This document shows, in pieces, positions 1-11,700 of a stretch of DNA of 64,000 nt. Both the position numbers and the translations under genes were made by a program. How positions within the stretch are numbered: position 1 is the stretch's first letter; the number at the start of each line of letters is the position of its first letter. Source of the DNA: Dimorphilus gyrociliatus (Eukaryota > Animalia > Annelida). The notes under the pieces were generated by a model. That model searched no databases. It saw only the letters and a list, made by a program, of their open reading frames with translations, and was not told the origin of the DNA. The stretch spans positions 811,230 to 875,229 of the forward strand of contig CAJFCJ010000028.1 of assembly GCA_904063045.1 (NCBI GenBank). The letters are read 5' to 3'.

Positions 1-258
1 AGTTAAAGATTTAGTATTACTCATAATAATTATTCGCTTTAAGCCTTAAGAAGCTTTACATCAATAATATATTATTAATAAGTAGTATAAAAATATATAA
101 TCAGAGGGCTTTGAACCCAAGTGCAAATACAGATACGCGTGCAAACATAACTTTTTGTTTACAAAGAAATATTAAGTTTATATAATTTTTTATAATATAT
201 GCAAGCGTACTGCAATATATAGAGCACAATTTATTGTCTCGTTTCGTCTATTTAATGA

Positions 259-1008
259 ATGAAAATGAAGATTTTAGTTGAAGTTTTTATCATTTTTTTT
301 CTTATATTTTCAGTTGAGTATTGTACTACTTCAATATCTGAAAAAATAAGTGAATTTCAATCATATAAGACAACTTTGAAACGTATTCGAAAATCAACTA
401 CTATTAAAGTTTTTAAAGTTGCATCTTTGCTATCTTGTAGCCATTTATGCGTTATTGAAAGTTCTTGTAGATTTTTTATAAAAGTTGAAAAAGTATGTAA
501 ATTATATCACGGTGGTTTCCCTAGACCTATGGAAGATAACAATGGAAAATTTAGAGTATATACTCTGTCAAATAGATGTTTAATTGAAAAATTTAGCAAC
601 AAATGTTTACCTGCAAAATGCGGAAAAGATCAAAAATATTGGGAAGGATCTTGTTATTACTTTCAACGAACTATTAAAATGACTTGGTACTATGCTAGAA
701 AAAATTGTTCGAAACAAACAATGACATTGATTTCACTTGAGACTGAAAGAGAGTATGAATTTGTTAAAAAATCATACTTTCAAGATAAAAAATTCCCTGT
801 TCTAATTGGTTTAACAGATGAAAATCAGGAAGGGGAATTCTATTGGGAAGGAACTGGTAAGATATTAGGAAGTTTCACCAGCTGGCAACCAGGTGAGCCG
901 AATAATCAAGGATTACGAGAGAATCAGGTGCACATTAACATAAATGGATGGAATGATATTGATAAAAATTTGCCAAGTTATTGGGTTTGCGAAAAGATAC
1001 TTATTTGA
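259..1008 (+). CDS. Secreted C-type lectin with N-terminal PAN/apple-like Cys module (intronless, 249 aa)
   Basis: Hydrophobic signal peptide; Cys-rich segment SLLSCSHLCVIESSCRFFIKVEKVCKLY resembles PAN/apple; CTLD hallmarks CYYF, WYYARKNC, LIGLTD, FYWEG, WQPGEPNN (EPN), WND, WVCE. Confidence 0.9.
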   Translation: MKMKILVEVFIIFFLIFSVEYCTTSISEKISEFQSYKTTLKRIRKSTTIKVFKVASLLSCSHLCVIESSCRFFIKVEKVCKLYHGGFPRPMEDNNGKFRVYTLSNRCLIEKFSNKCLPAKCGKDQKYWEGSCYYFQRTIKMTWYYARKNCSKQTMTLISLETEREYEFVKKSYFQDKKFPVLIGLTDENQEGEFYWEGTGKILGSFTSWQPGEPNNQGLRENQVHININGWNDIDKNLPSYWVCEKILI

Positions 1009-2890
1009 ATAACTAGACTCTTTAATTACCTTTCATTAATAAATTTGGAAAGCATACTGCAATAAACAACTGGTAAGATAAGTTTTTGATCAATGCTTTC
1101 ATTAGAACGTTATTCTTAATTATTACGTCATATCCTTCTACTCATCCTTTGAATTAGTATGAACAGCCATCATCGCTAATTAGTGCAATTTTCATCTAAG
1201 AGTCTTAGATAAAAGTTTCTTTTGTTTAAACTTCACACCTCTTATTGTTATCTTGATTGTTTAAGGCCTATTTTATCTTCGTTCATCTAAAGTCTCATAT
1301 CAATTAAAATTACCCATTGATGGATTTTATATAGCGTCTGACCTAATAAAAATTTTCTCTTTAAATTGGTTCATATAAGCTAATTGTTAAAGAAAATTTC
1401 TCTTTTTGGTGAATTCAATAAAAAACGAGGTTCAATGATAAAAAGTTTTTTTGCAAAATAATTTATTAACAAGCTCGAATATGTGAAATATTAAAAAATG
1501 AAGGGAATTCTTATTCAATAATTTGTTGTAAAAGTTCTCTTTTCCCTTTTCATTTTAAACATAAATAAAATAGAAAATGATGCCTAAAATCTTTTAAATA
1601 AACTTTTGACAGTTCATATAAATAAATAGAAATAGTACAATTATTTGAAAGGTTAAGATAACCCAGTTTTCTTTTAATAGTTTATTGTTATTGTTTTAAC
1701 TGTCGATGTTCTTTCATATGTCAAAATAGTCCCTTATTCCAATTTATAGTCCGTTTTTCTCTTGAAATTTTGGGTCACAGGCCAATAAAACGTAAATTGT
1801 CATTTCGTAACCCCAAAAGAACTTCAAGAGCTACTTTATTGTAAAACTTAAAAGGAATAATAGGACTATTGCAAGAAAAAAAAATACTTTCCAATTAAAT
1901 TAACTATATTACGATTTTCAAATAGACTCGACTAGACGACGGTAATTTTAGTGATTAGATGGCGGTAAAGATTGCAGATTACGTAATATGGGTAAATTCC
2001 TTGTGAATTTCTTTGAATGGCTTCTACATAAGTAACTAAATGACCTGAATTGAACTTGTTTGCATATGAAACGCTTGAGAGGTAAATTGTCTGAAAGGAA
2101 GAAATAGAGTATAACTATAGTTTTTTAACAATAGGTAGAAATTGCTCCCGCTTTTTTCCATTCAATTCTTTATCTCACAATCTAGAGTCCCACAGCGTTA
2201 TCGCCTTATCGTCGAGTGCTGTTAACAAGGTAGACCCTTAAGGCTTTAAAGCTTATTTCTGCTCTGAATAATTAAGGCGTTAAGGAAAAGCTCGAATCTT
2301 TTAGATAATAAAAGAAAATTTTCCCCTTAACCGAGCTCAGTGAGAACTTGGTCTGACACGATAAATCTTAAGAAAATGATATGTTTGACGAAGACTTTCA
2401 TTTATCCCTACATAACTTACAATTTACATTGTTAAAATACCGTTGTTGTGATCGATGTCTCACTTTTAAAACTAGGGCGTGCGAGGGGGGAGAATGAAAA
2501 AAAGAAAGAAGAATAGCATTGTTACAATACAATCATAATCAATTTATTGGCACTTAAAGATTGAAACATTATACATCATACGATAACCATACTGTATTTT
2601 ACAATAAGTGATTGATATTAGTTCGAGTTGTTACTAGTGAATTAATATCATAAAAAGCGTATTTCTTTAAGACTTGTTAACTCAACAATAAATTATAATA
2701 TCCTTAGAAAATTTATCAAATAAATTATATATCATTAAAAAGAGGAGAAAACTATAATTAGCTTAGTCTACTTCTTTGTTAAGTAATAAGTGTCAAAATT
2801 TTTATTCAAATAATAAAAGAACATAAATTCTTTTTATATTATTTTCTCAGTTTCAATACAACGAATTCTTTTCTTTTACATAATATACAG

Positions 2891-2914
2891 TATATATATA
2901 TATATATATATATA
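2891..2914. repeat. (TA)n microsatellite
   Basis: Perfect TA run directly visible, preceded by TACAG. Confidence 0.95.
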
Positions 2915-3313
2915 AATATAGTCATAAGAAATATGCTTTTTATTATTATAAAGAACAAGGAAAAAGAAAATTTAACACTAGTTATTAAGTAACAAAGTAA
3001 TTATTATTATTTGGCTTGTTTTTATTGATGTTTAGAAAAAATTCATTTCCTATTTATTGATCTATTTTCATTGAAATTTGCATAATATCTGCAATGTAGG
3101 CATTATTCTAATTAATTAGCGATGTGTAAACTTTCATTACAAATCAGGCTTCGTCACCGCTTTGTTTACATTGTTGCTAAGACAGCCGAGCCTATAGATG
3201 AATAGTGACACTTGTATTGATATATGGCAGACATGCGCAGGGCTCAGACGCCATTTTTAAAATCACTTGTCATTCGGGTTTCTTTTCATAACAATAGAAC
3301 GCGCAAAAAATAA

Positions 3314-3365
3314 CCAATCAGAATAGGTTTTGCAACTTAAAATTTGAGAACTAGCACCGGATTGG
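3314..3365. promoter_or_regulatory. Inverted CCAAT boxes upstream of Frizzled
   Basis: CCAATCA near 3314 and GATTGG near 3360 in a GC-richer patch about 200-250 nt before the Frizzled ATG. Motif match only. Confidence 0.4.
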
Positions 3366-3569
3366 CTAGTTTTCTCAAAATAAGTCACTCTTGGAAGAGA
3401 TGCAGATCGAAATGAATATTCTTGAATTGTACGCGAATCCTCATGTGCTTAATACAAGCTGATTTAAAGAGTTATTCTATAAAGACCGTTTCCTCTTTTC
3501 TCTGATGTATATCCATTGGCCGTTATAACAGAAGAGCCTCCGTGAAACTTCCACCGTGATCGATAAAGG

Positions 3570-5201
3570 ATGAAAATAGTACTTGTAACTCTAATATTCT
3601 TTGAATTTCTGGTGTCATTACATTCATCGTCCTTTGGATCGAAGAAATGTGAACGAATAACAATAAAACTATGTAAGGATATGCCTTACAATGAAACACG
3701 ATTGCCAAATATCTTGGGACATACAACACAGTATGAAGCAGGTAACGAACTACATCATTATTATCCGCTCATCAAGATGGGATGTTCACCATACTTAAAA
3801 GTATTTCTATGCACTTTACTGTCGCCTGTATGCTCAAACTACACACAAACTTTAAAACCTTGTAAATCATTATGCTTGGCGGCTAAAAGAAAATGTGTGG
3901 ATGTAATGAAGTCGTTTGGTTCAGATTGGCCCAGCTATATGGACTGTTCATTGTTCCCTACTCCCGATAAGGAAGTGTGCGTTAGTCAAAATGAAACTAA
4001 ACATCACTATCAGCCGAATACTCCTAATATGACATTTGGCGGGAGGAAATTTCGTTGTCCTCCCCAACTTACAGTACCACCAAGATTCGGTTACAAACTA
4101 AGAGTAGGAAACATAGAGGCAAAAGATTGTGGTCTTCCATGTTCACAGGAACAGGACTACTTCTATGGAACAAGAGAAGAGTCAATAAGGAAAAGAAACT
4201 TTGCTAAAGTTTGGATTTTTGTTTGGTCTATTCTCTGCTCTATATCCACGTTGTTTACAAGTTTAACTTTTGTTATCGATAGGGCTAGATTCAAATACCC
4301 TGAGAGGCCGATTATATTCCTATCTGCTTGTTATTTTATGGTATCGATATGCTATGTTATTGGTTTTTTTCTTAAAGATAAAGCGGTTTGCTCTGGACCT
4401 TTTAGGAACAAATTAGAGGAGATCGATGAAATTCAATTATCTCTTCCCTTGATTACTCAAGGAACGAAGTTGGCAGGTTGCACCATTCTGTTCATGATAA
4501 TTTACTTTTTTAGTATGGCAAGCTGTGTCTGGTGGGTTGTTCTGGCTTTTACATGGTTCTTAGCTGCAGGATTAAAATGGGGGCATGAACCAATAGAAAG
4601 CAACGCGCATTTCTTCCATATACTAGCTTGGGTGGTTCCTGCTGTTAAAACTATTGCAATATTGGCGATGGGCCAAATAGACGGTGACATACTGTCAGGA
4701 GTTTGCTTCACTGGTTTGTCAAATCTAGATACTCTTAGAGGGTTTATTATAACACCCCTCTTGGTATATTTGGTATTAGGAACTTCTTTTCTACTCGCTG
4801 GCTTCGTTTCACTTTGTCGGATACGAACAGCTATGAAAGCGGACGGTAGCCGTACAGACAAACTCGACAAACTAATCATGAGAATAGGTGTTTTCAGTGT
4901 GCTATATACTTTACCGGCTGTAATTGTTATTGTTTGCCATTTCTACGAACATAATAATAGACTAAGCTGGATGGAATCTTGGCATGCCAGAGCCTGTCAG
5001 ATGGGTTTCTCCTGTCCTTTAACAAAGGACAAGTTATCAAAACCTGAATTTACTTATTTTATGCTCAAATATTTAATGATGTTAATAGTAGGTGTAACCT
5101 CAGGATTTTGGATATGGTCAACAAAAACTCTTAATAGTTGGAAAAATGCTTATCATAAATTGTTTAGTGGTAGAAAATTAATAACTGAAGCAAATGTTTG
5201 A
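3570..5201 (+). CDS. FZD1/2/7: Frizzled receptor, Fz1/2/7 class (intronless, 543 aa)
   Basis: Signal peptide, 10-Cys CRD (CERITIKLCKDMPYNETRLPN...), YPERPIIFLSACY, TQGTK.GCTILFM, WFLAAGLKWGHE, MRIGVFSVLYT.PA, KTLNSW (KTxxxW Dishevelled motif) and C-terminal EANV PDZ-type tail; these match the Fz1/2/7 subfamily best. Confidence 0.97.
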   Translation: MKIVLVTLIFFEFLVSLHSSSFGSKKCERITIKLCKDMPYNETRLPNILGHTTQYEAGNELHHYYPLIKMGCSPYLKVFLCTLLSPVCSNYTQTLKPCKSLCLAAKRKCVDVMKSFGSDWPSYMDCSLFPTPDKEVCVSQNETKHHYQPNTPNMTFGGRKFRCPPQLTVPPRFGYKLRVGNIEAKDCGLPCSQEQDYFYGTREESIRKRNFAKVWIFVWSILCSISTLFTSLTFVIDRARFKYPERPIIFLSACYFMVSICYVIGFFLKDKAVCSGPFRNKLEEIDEIQLSLPLITQGTKLAGCTILFMIIYFFSMASCVWWVVLAFTWFLAAGLKWGHEPIESNAHFFHILAWVVPAVKTIAILAMGQIDGDILSGVCFTGLSNLDTLRGFIITPLLVYLVLGTSFLLAGFVSLCRIRTAMKADGSRTDKLDKLIMRIGVFSVLYTLPAVIVIVCHFYEHNNRLSWMESWHARACQMGFSCPLTKDKLSKPEFTYFMLKYLMMLIVGVTSGFWIWSTKTLNSWKNAYHKLFSGRKLITEANV

Positions 5202-8200
5202 TTGTAAAAAGAAAGACAATATTTTTCATATTAATATTTCCCTGTTCAAGTTAGGGTTTTGTATTTTTTTAATATATTAAAGAGACTATCTTTTTCTACA
5301 AAACTAGGTTTGTTAAATTATTCTTTCGTCTCGTTCAGTGTTCGACGGCTTCTCTTAAAGTTTTTTTTATATTCAATTGTTTTATTGATAATGTATTCAA
5401 TTTTAAAAGATATAATATTTTTGTACTTATATATTAATCATATCTTTTTATATATGTTAAGATTTTCTTGTTATAATAATTAAAGAGAATTGAGAGATGA
5501 AATGAAAATATAAATTAACGTTTATATTATTCTTAAATGATACAGGAGAGGAATGTTATATACTGCAAAGTATACTCAGCTTATCTACACGTGTACGACA
5601 TATTTTTTTAAGTGTTGTTAACACTAAAATTCTTAGGAATGTATATTTTTCGAGTAAGACTATACTGTAAAAAGAGAATGTATACTAATATATAACATAT
5701 AGGTAGGTATTGCGCAGATATACTACAGGATTTTGTTGACGACTAGGCGTAATCCGCTCTTTTAAAATCATTCTATTTTCTTTTTACAGAGAGATATACT
5801 TGTGAATAAATGAATAAATTATGTAAATCATTTGGTTGTTTTTTAAATATTATATAATATGCATGAGTTTTGTTTGTTCTAGTGTCACTTGTTAAATTTA
5901 CGATAGCGAAGAATGTTTTATTTATTGTTTATACTTTCACTTTATCGAAAGAGTTTACTATTTCAAAACTAAATGTCATCTTGTGTCTTTTTTTACAATT
6001 TTAAAGCTAATACACACTGTAGTTGTGTTTAGCTCAGGGTGCTAAACTTGTAAAAACATTCTTCAATAGGCTATGCATTATATCCTCAGAGATTTTTGTG
6101 TTTAACTATGCAAGTGGAATTTTTTATACGATCATTGTGTAAAGAGTTTCTTTTTCTTTTATTTTTTTTCCATATTCTTCTCTTTTATTTCAATGTGTTT
6201 CAAACACTAAATAAAACAAGCCAATTATTTATAATTATTATTATTTATATTCTATATTAGAAACAATAACGTAAAAACTTGTTAGTTCAAAACTTTACTA
6301 TGGATTTTTAACGAGCGTTTAATCTCTTTTTAATGGTATACATCGCCCAATACGCGCCTTAAGTGTAAAACATATTTCTTTCCTACTTCTATACTCTATT
6401 ATCTTACAATTTCTTTCCACTTGTTAATTCGTTAATATCTATTCAATTATAATCAAGTATATACCTTTTAAAATGCTTGATATAACTCCCTTTGTAATTA
6501 AAGTATTGTTTATAGTACATTTTCTTAAAGTTGTTAATTTCTTATTGACACTTTTACATGTATTTGTTATAAACAATATTATTTAACAACTTTATACCTC
6601 CTTCATTCAGTTATTGTCGATTATATAAATATTATGTGTAAATATTACTTTATGTTAATAATATAATATAGAATTAATTAATATTTATTTGAAAAAACCG
6701 ACTATAGAGCAATCGTCTCTCAAAAAACTTGAATATAATGTTTTTAACTATACACTTTGTCTTTTTAACTTACCTAGGTATTATTTCCGTAGATGAAATT
6801 ACTGCGTTTCTTTCAACTTTTGAAAGAAATATATCCATTTCCTCTCACCGTATAAAATTTTATATATAGTAAAACTATTACTAAGGTATATGCAATTTAT
6901 TTCTTTCATCGTTGAAAAACTCAACGATTTGTATAAAAGTCTTTAATAATCGTATTTTTTAAGATTATTTCTAGGTGTAGATTTAAGTGTTTCCCCTATA
7001 CCGTATAATGTTCCACAGGTTGAGTTTATTTTAGATGAACCTTTTAGAAATTTCCAACTTTTGCAGAGCGTGATAACCCCTAGGTGTATATTTATGACCC
7101 TCAATATAAATAAAATTCTCTAGCGCTTCTCATTTTACCCCCTCCCCCATTCTGTACCTGTGCTTCCTTGTGTCTTCCTTGCAAATGGGGGTTTAGTAGT
7201 CAGAGTGTAATATTTATATTTTCGTAAGGAAGAAACTTTCGAAAAAAGTCTGGTTTGACTTGACATTTAGACTGTCGATATTCTTATTTTTTGTTATGTA
7301 ATAGCATTCGCTAAATTGAATATGTTTTCTAATAGTACTTTCTTCTCGGATATGCTCTTATGGTTAGCAGATGCCAGCCCAACGAAATGGTAAACGAGTT
7401 AGAGCAGAAGGGCGAGAAGAAAACTTCTTCTACCTGAACAAATTACACATCACGCAATATTTATTGAATCTCTAAGGAAACTATAATTATCTTCCTTTAC
7501 CCCCATTGAACTCTTCATATTGATTTGGTTTGCTTACGACTTTGCTGCTATTAACAAAACCAAACCCCGTGTAGATCTTATCTTATTATCTCCACTTCCA
7601 ACTGTAAAATATTACAACATATCAGTGATTGACAGTTTCCAAAATAACACCTTATCGTTGGTTTCTTCCTCCTATACTTCAATCAGAGCAAATAATCCGA
7701 TTAGCTTATCTGCTAGCCGTCAAGCGTTACGACAGTTATCGATTTTTTAACAATTCCTTTATAGTTTGACCATTTGAAAGACGCTATTGTTTGGTAAAAA
7801 ATGTAATACAAGTTTTTCTTTTAGCCTACTTCCGGATTCTTTCTAGATAACAAAAAGCCAACTCTCATAAAGCTAAAGCGCAGTTGAATGATACGGGTAT
7901 TACCTTATCGTTTTCGTAAATCGCCTCGTTAAATGATAATATTTTTACGTTTGTTTTATTTTTCTTCCCGAAACTATGTATAAATATTTAATATTGTTTA
8001 TTATCTTGCAGAAAATATGCAAACACACCAACAGAGGAAGAGAAAAGTTAATGAAAAGAAATTTTTACCCACTTGAAAATATCTTTAAAGTTAATTTAAC
8101 AATAAGCTTGAAACTCTGGATAACTTCACAATTAATTGGTTTTTTATTGATCTTTTCAATTGACAGTTTTGATAAAAGAAAAAGATTTAAATTGAAAATT

Positions 8201-8777
8201 AGTAAACATAAATAGCCGCTATTCCATGGTAAAGAAAAGAATGTAGATGGCACTAAGATAAAGTAATGGATGAGAAGCGGCATCTGGGGAAAGTTTAGAG
8301 GTTTACAGTGAAAAGATGATAAAAGGCAATGGGCCTTTGTTGTTTTAAAATAAGGTTTGTATTAAACAAACAAAAAAGACTTTTATTCTTTTATATAGTT
8401 TTAAAGTACATAGCTCAAATTTTATAAAACTATTTCAGCTGTTTATTACACTAACCGTCTTTTCTATTATCGCACTTTTTTTAATGCTCCTGTACTAATT
8501 TTTTATTGGAAAGTTACTGTTTGCAAAACACTCCTACGCAAATCACTATAATCGGATTTAGTTCATTAAACTAACGCTTTTTCTTAATTAAACGCCCACC
8601 GGGTACAATCAACTCACTCTATCGCTTCAAACGACGGCAGCTTCTGTCCGTGTTAAAGTTTTTTTAAAATTAAACTTAATTATACAAGTTAATTGGCGGA
8701 AATCAATAAAAAAAATTTCAAACAAGATAAAGAAGAATAAGTTTATTTTTAACTATTAATTAGGAGAATTCAAGAAA

Positions 8778-11700
8778 ATGGATCATATTGAACGTCAATA
8801 CGTAACAAGTGAATCGAGCGATGAGGATGACGACGACGTAGAGAGTAGGGTATTTAAAACAGTTGACGAGTTTATTAGGTAAGTCTCTTTTAATATCTCA
8901 TATATATATATAGTATAGATACCTTTTAACGAAAAATCAAATATAAATGTTTATCATAGTATTTTAAAAGAACAAATAATAAACAAACTAACATCACAAA
9001 ATATGATGTCCAACAGATGGCGGTGTATTAAACAAGCTTATTTTTTTCATTTTAAAGAATCAATTGGTCAACGAAAAGAAATAGAGCGTACAATTTGATT
9101 TATAATTAATGTACAGTATTTAAATTAAACAAAGTGTTTTTTTACAAATAGTCTATTACTGAAATTACTGATTTTATTACATAGAATTCAATTATTCACA
9201 TTATGTATATACAGTATGTTATATAATATTACAATATACAGTATTTACCTTTTTTTAATTGGCAGCATTGATGTATTTGAAAATTATATATATATATATA
9301 TATGATTAAATCAATGCATGGCGACCTATCTAACGGTATTTGAGAACGCTGTAACATATGAAATCTTTGTATAGGGATTAATTGCAAATTGTACTTTTTA
9401 ATGCTTTCTAATAACTCAAATTAGAATAATTTTAGTTTACTTTTTTCAAGGCTATAGTTGGATAATCAGAATTTAGATTTTTTTACTAGAGACTAGCAGC
9501 ATATACGCTTATATACATTTTATATTTAGTGCTAATATATTAAGCTTATAGTTATATGGCTCAAGTATAGTAGGTAATTTAATAAATCTTCAACGTCTCT
9601 TAGTAACGAAAGGAAGAGGTAGGAAACTCTTTTGGACTTTATCTTAGTACATCTGTTTTATTAGAGCAATTAAGCAAAGTTATAATTTATAAGTAAAAGA
9701 AATATTGTCAATCAATACATCTATTGTTTTTAGAAATAGACTAGCCTTGAAAAAGAAGGAAATTATATTATAGTCAGTTCCTGAAGGATTAAACTTATTT
9801 TATACATCGTGAGAATAGAAATATCCATTTTTCATTGTTTCAATAAATATATTAAGATTTTATTTATATATAATTTGTCTTGTTTATGTAAAAATTATAA
9901 AACAACTATGTTATTTCCAACAGATATACAATCCGCCGAAAAACTATTAACTCGGATCTTGCTAGGAAAGCTGCTGAATCTGTTCATGAATTAGTTAATA
10001 TAGATCTTGACACTGATAGTCGAACAAGATTGGTTAGTTAAGATCAATTCTTTTATCAAATATAAAATAATTATTATCTAGTTTTTTTTATGTTTTTAAC
10101 GAATTTAAAGACTTTTTTATTGATTAAAAAAAAATTCTCTATATTTTTTAATATAATTATTAAATTAGAAAAAAGAGAGAAAAAATCATTTTTTATTGAC
10201 AATCTCTCTTCCAATTTAAATATATATTTTTAAAAAAATACTTGTATACTTCACTATTCATTTCTTAACTATCCCATTGGTTTTACAGTCTATAGTTGAT
10301 TTTTTCCCTTGTTAATCTCTCTTCCCATATCAGATGGTATTTAAAATGTATGCGCTAATTTATATATATTAGACATTAGGAAGATATGTTTTTCTTATCC
10401 AGTTCGAACTATTTTCTTATATCTTTTCATTAAATGTATAAATATTTCATTAAGCGCTGAAGAGCTATATGAATAACTAATTGCATAAAAGCAACTGTAA
10501 GCTGTATAAGCTGTTAATAAGATGTATTTTATTCTAGAAGAAATTTTTGCAGATTTTATAAGAAATAAGCAAACTTTTAACTATAATAATCCAACATCAG
10601 TTACAGTTGTTTGGAGACAGTTAGGAAAATTAGAACTATTTTAAGAGAACAATCGTGCAAGAATAAGTACATAAGAGTGAAAGCCATACCTGATCGTCGC
10701 AGAATACACATTTACAACACAATTTTCACTCCTAATGAAAATAACTATAGCTCAGATGATTTGTCAGACGTATGGCAGAATCTTAAATCGGAAAAAAATA
10801 GTTTTCTTTTAGGGGCACTCTGAAGAGAGACAGTAGAGAAGAGTTGTCTGCGGAAGAGAGAAACAGAGAAATATAGTTTGAGAAATAAAGAAACATTGAT
10901 CCTAATCCTATATTAAGAGTATTGTGAAAATTTCTTTTTTTTTTTGTTAAAATGCTAATTAAAGAAAAACAAGGATACATTACAAAAAAATAAGAATTTA
11001 TTGTTTACTCTTTCAATGAAATATGATGGTAGTATATGATATGCTCTCCTTAATTTTATATATAAGACTATAAGCATCACAAAAGTGTTTAATGACTACA
11101 TTACTGTTCATGCTGAATATTAAAAACGTTGTATTATTTAATTATGATTTCTATTTAATAGAACAAACAAAATATTATACACAAGAGTTTACAGTATCTA
11201 TAATTTCTTTTCTCTATTGTACAAGTAGTCCTACATTTAAGATAATATATAAAGCACAATAAGTCCATTTTAAAGGCACCAACCATCTCATTTTTATTTC
11301 AAGTAAACCATTTAGATATCTTATTTTCTATTAATAGTAATAATAAAAATATATTATATCTTTTTTCAAGGTATATTACCCCAGTTTAGAAGATTTAGGG
11401 GTAAGATTATTAGCATAGATTCCTATTTTCAATAAGAAATAAATGAGCTGCTTAGCTGCTTAGCTAAAAAAGAAAATGGAGCCTAGTGTAGTTTCTATGT
11501 GTCAAATAATTAAAAGTTATTGATATGTATTCTATGGCTAAACCATTTCGCTTGGTTTTTTATACACAATTTCACGTAGGTATTGCTTCTTCTCGTATTA
11601 TTAGGATATACTACGCAATTTTAATTATAAATATACTATATACTTCCTCAGCACTCAACGAAAATCATCAAAGTTGAAGAAATATTATAATAATTAGAGA

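Noticed and set aside
3523-4879. Minus-strand ORFs 3523-3729 and 4502-4879
   Set aside because: Antisense shadows of the Frizzled CDS with no independent protein features.
6770-7750. GC-richer patch with ORF fragments on both strands, including the 76-aa ORF 7520-7750
   Set aside because: No phase-consistent assembly or recognisable domain; possibly decayed sequence.
10538-10980. ORFs 10611-10823 (+) and 10783-10980 (-) inside intron 2 of the coiled-coil gene
   Set aside because: Non-ATG start or no family match, in-frame stops nearby, and exons 2 and 3 already join in phase without them.
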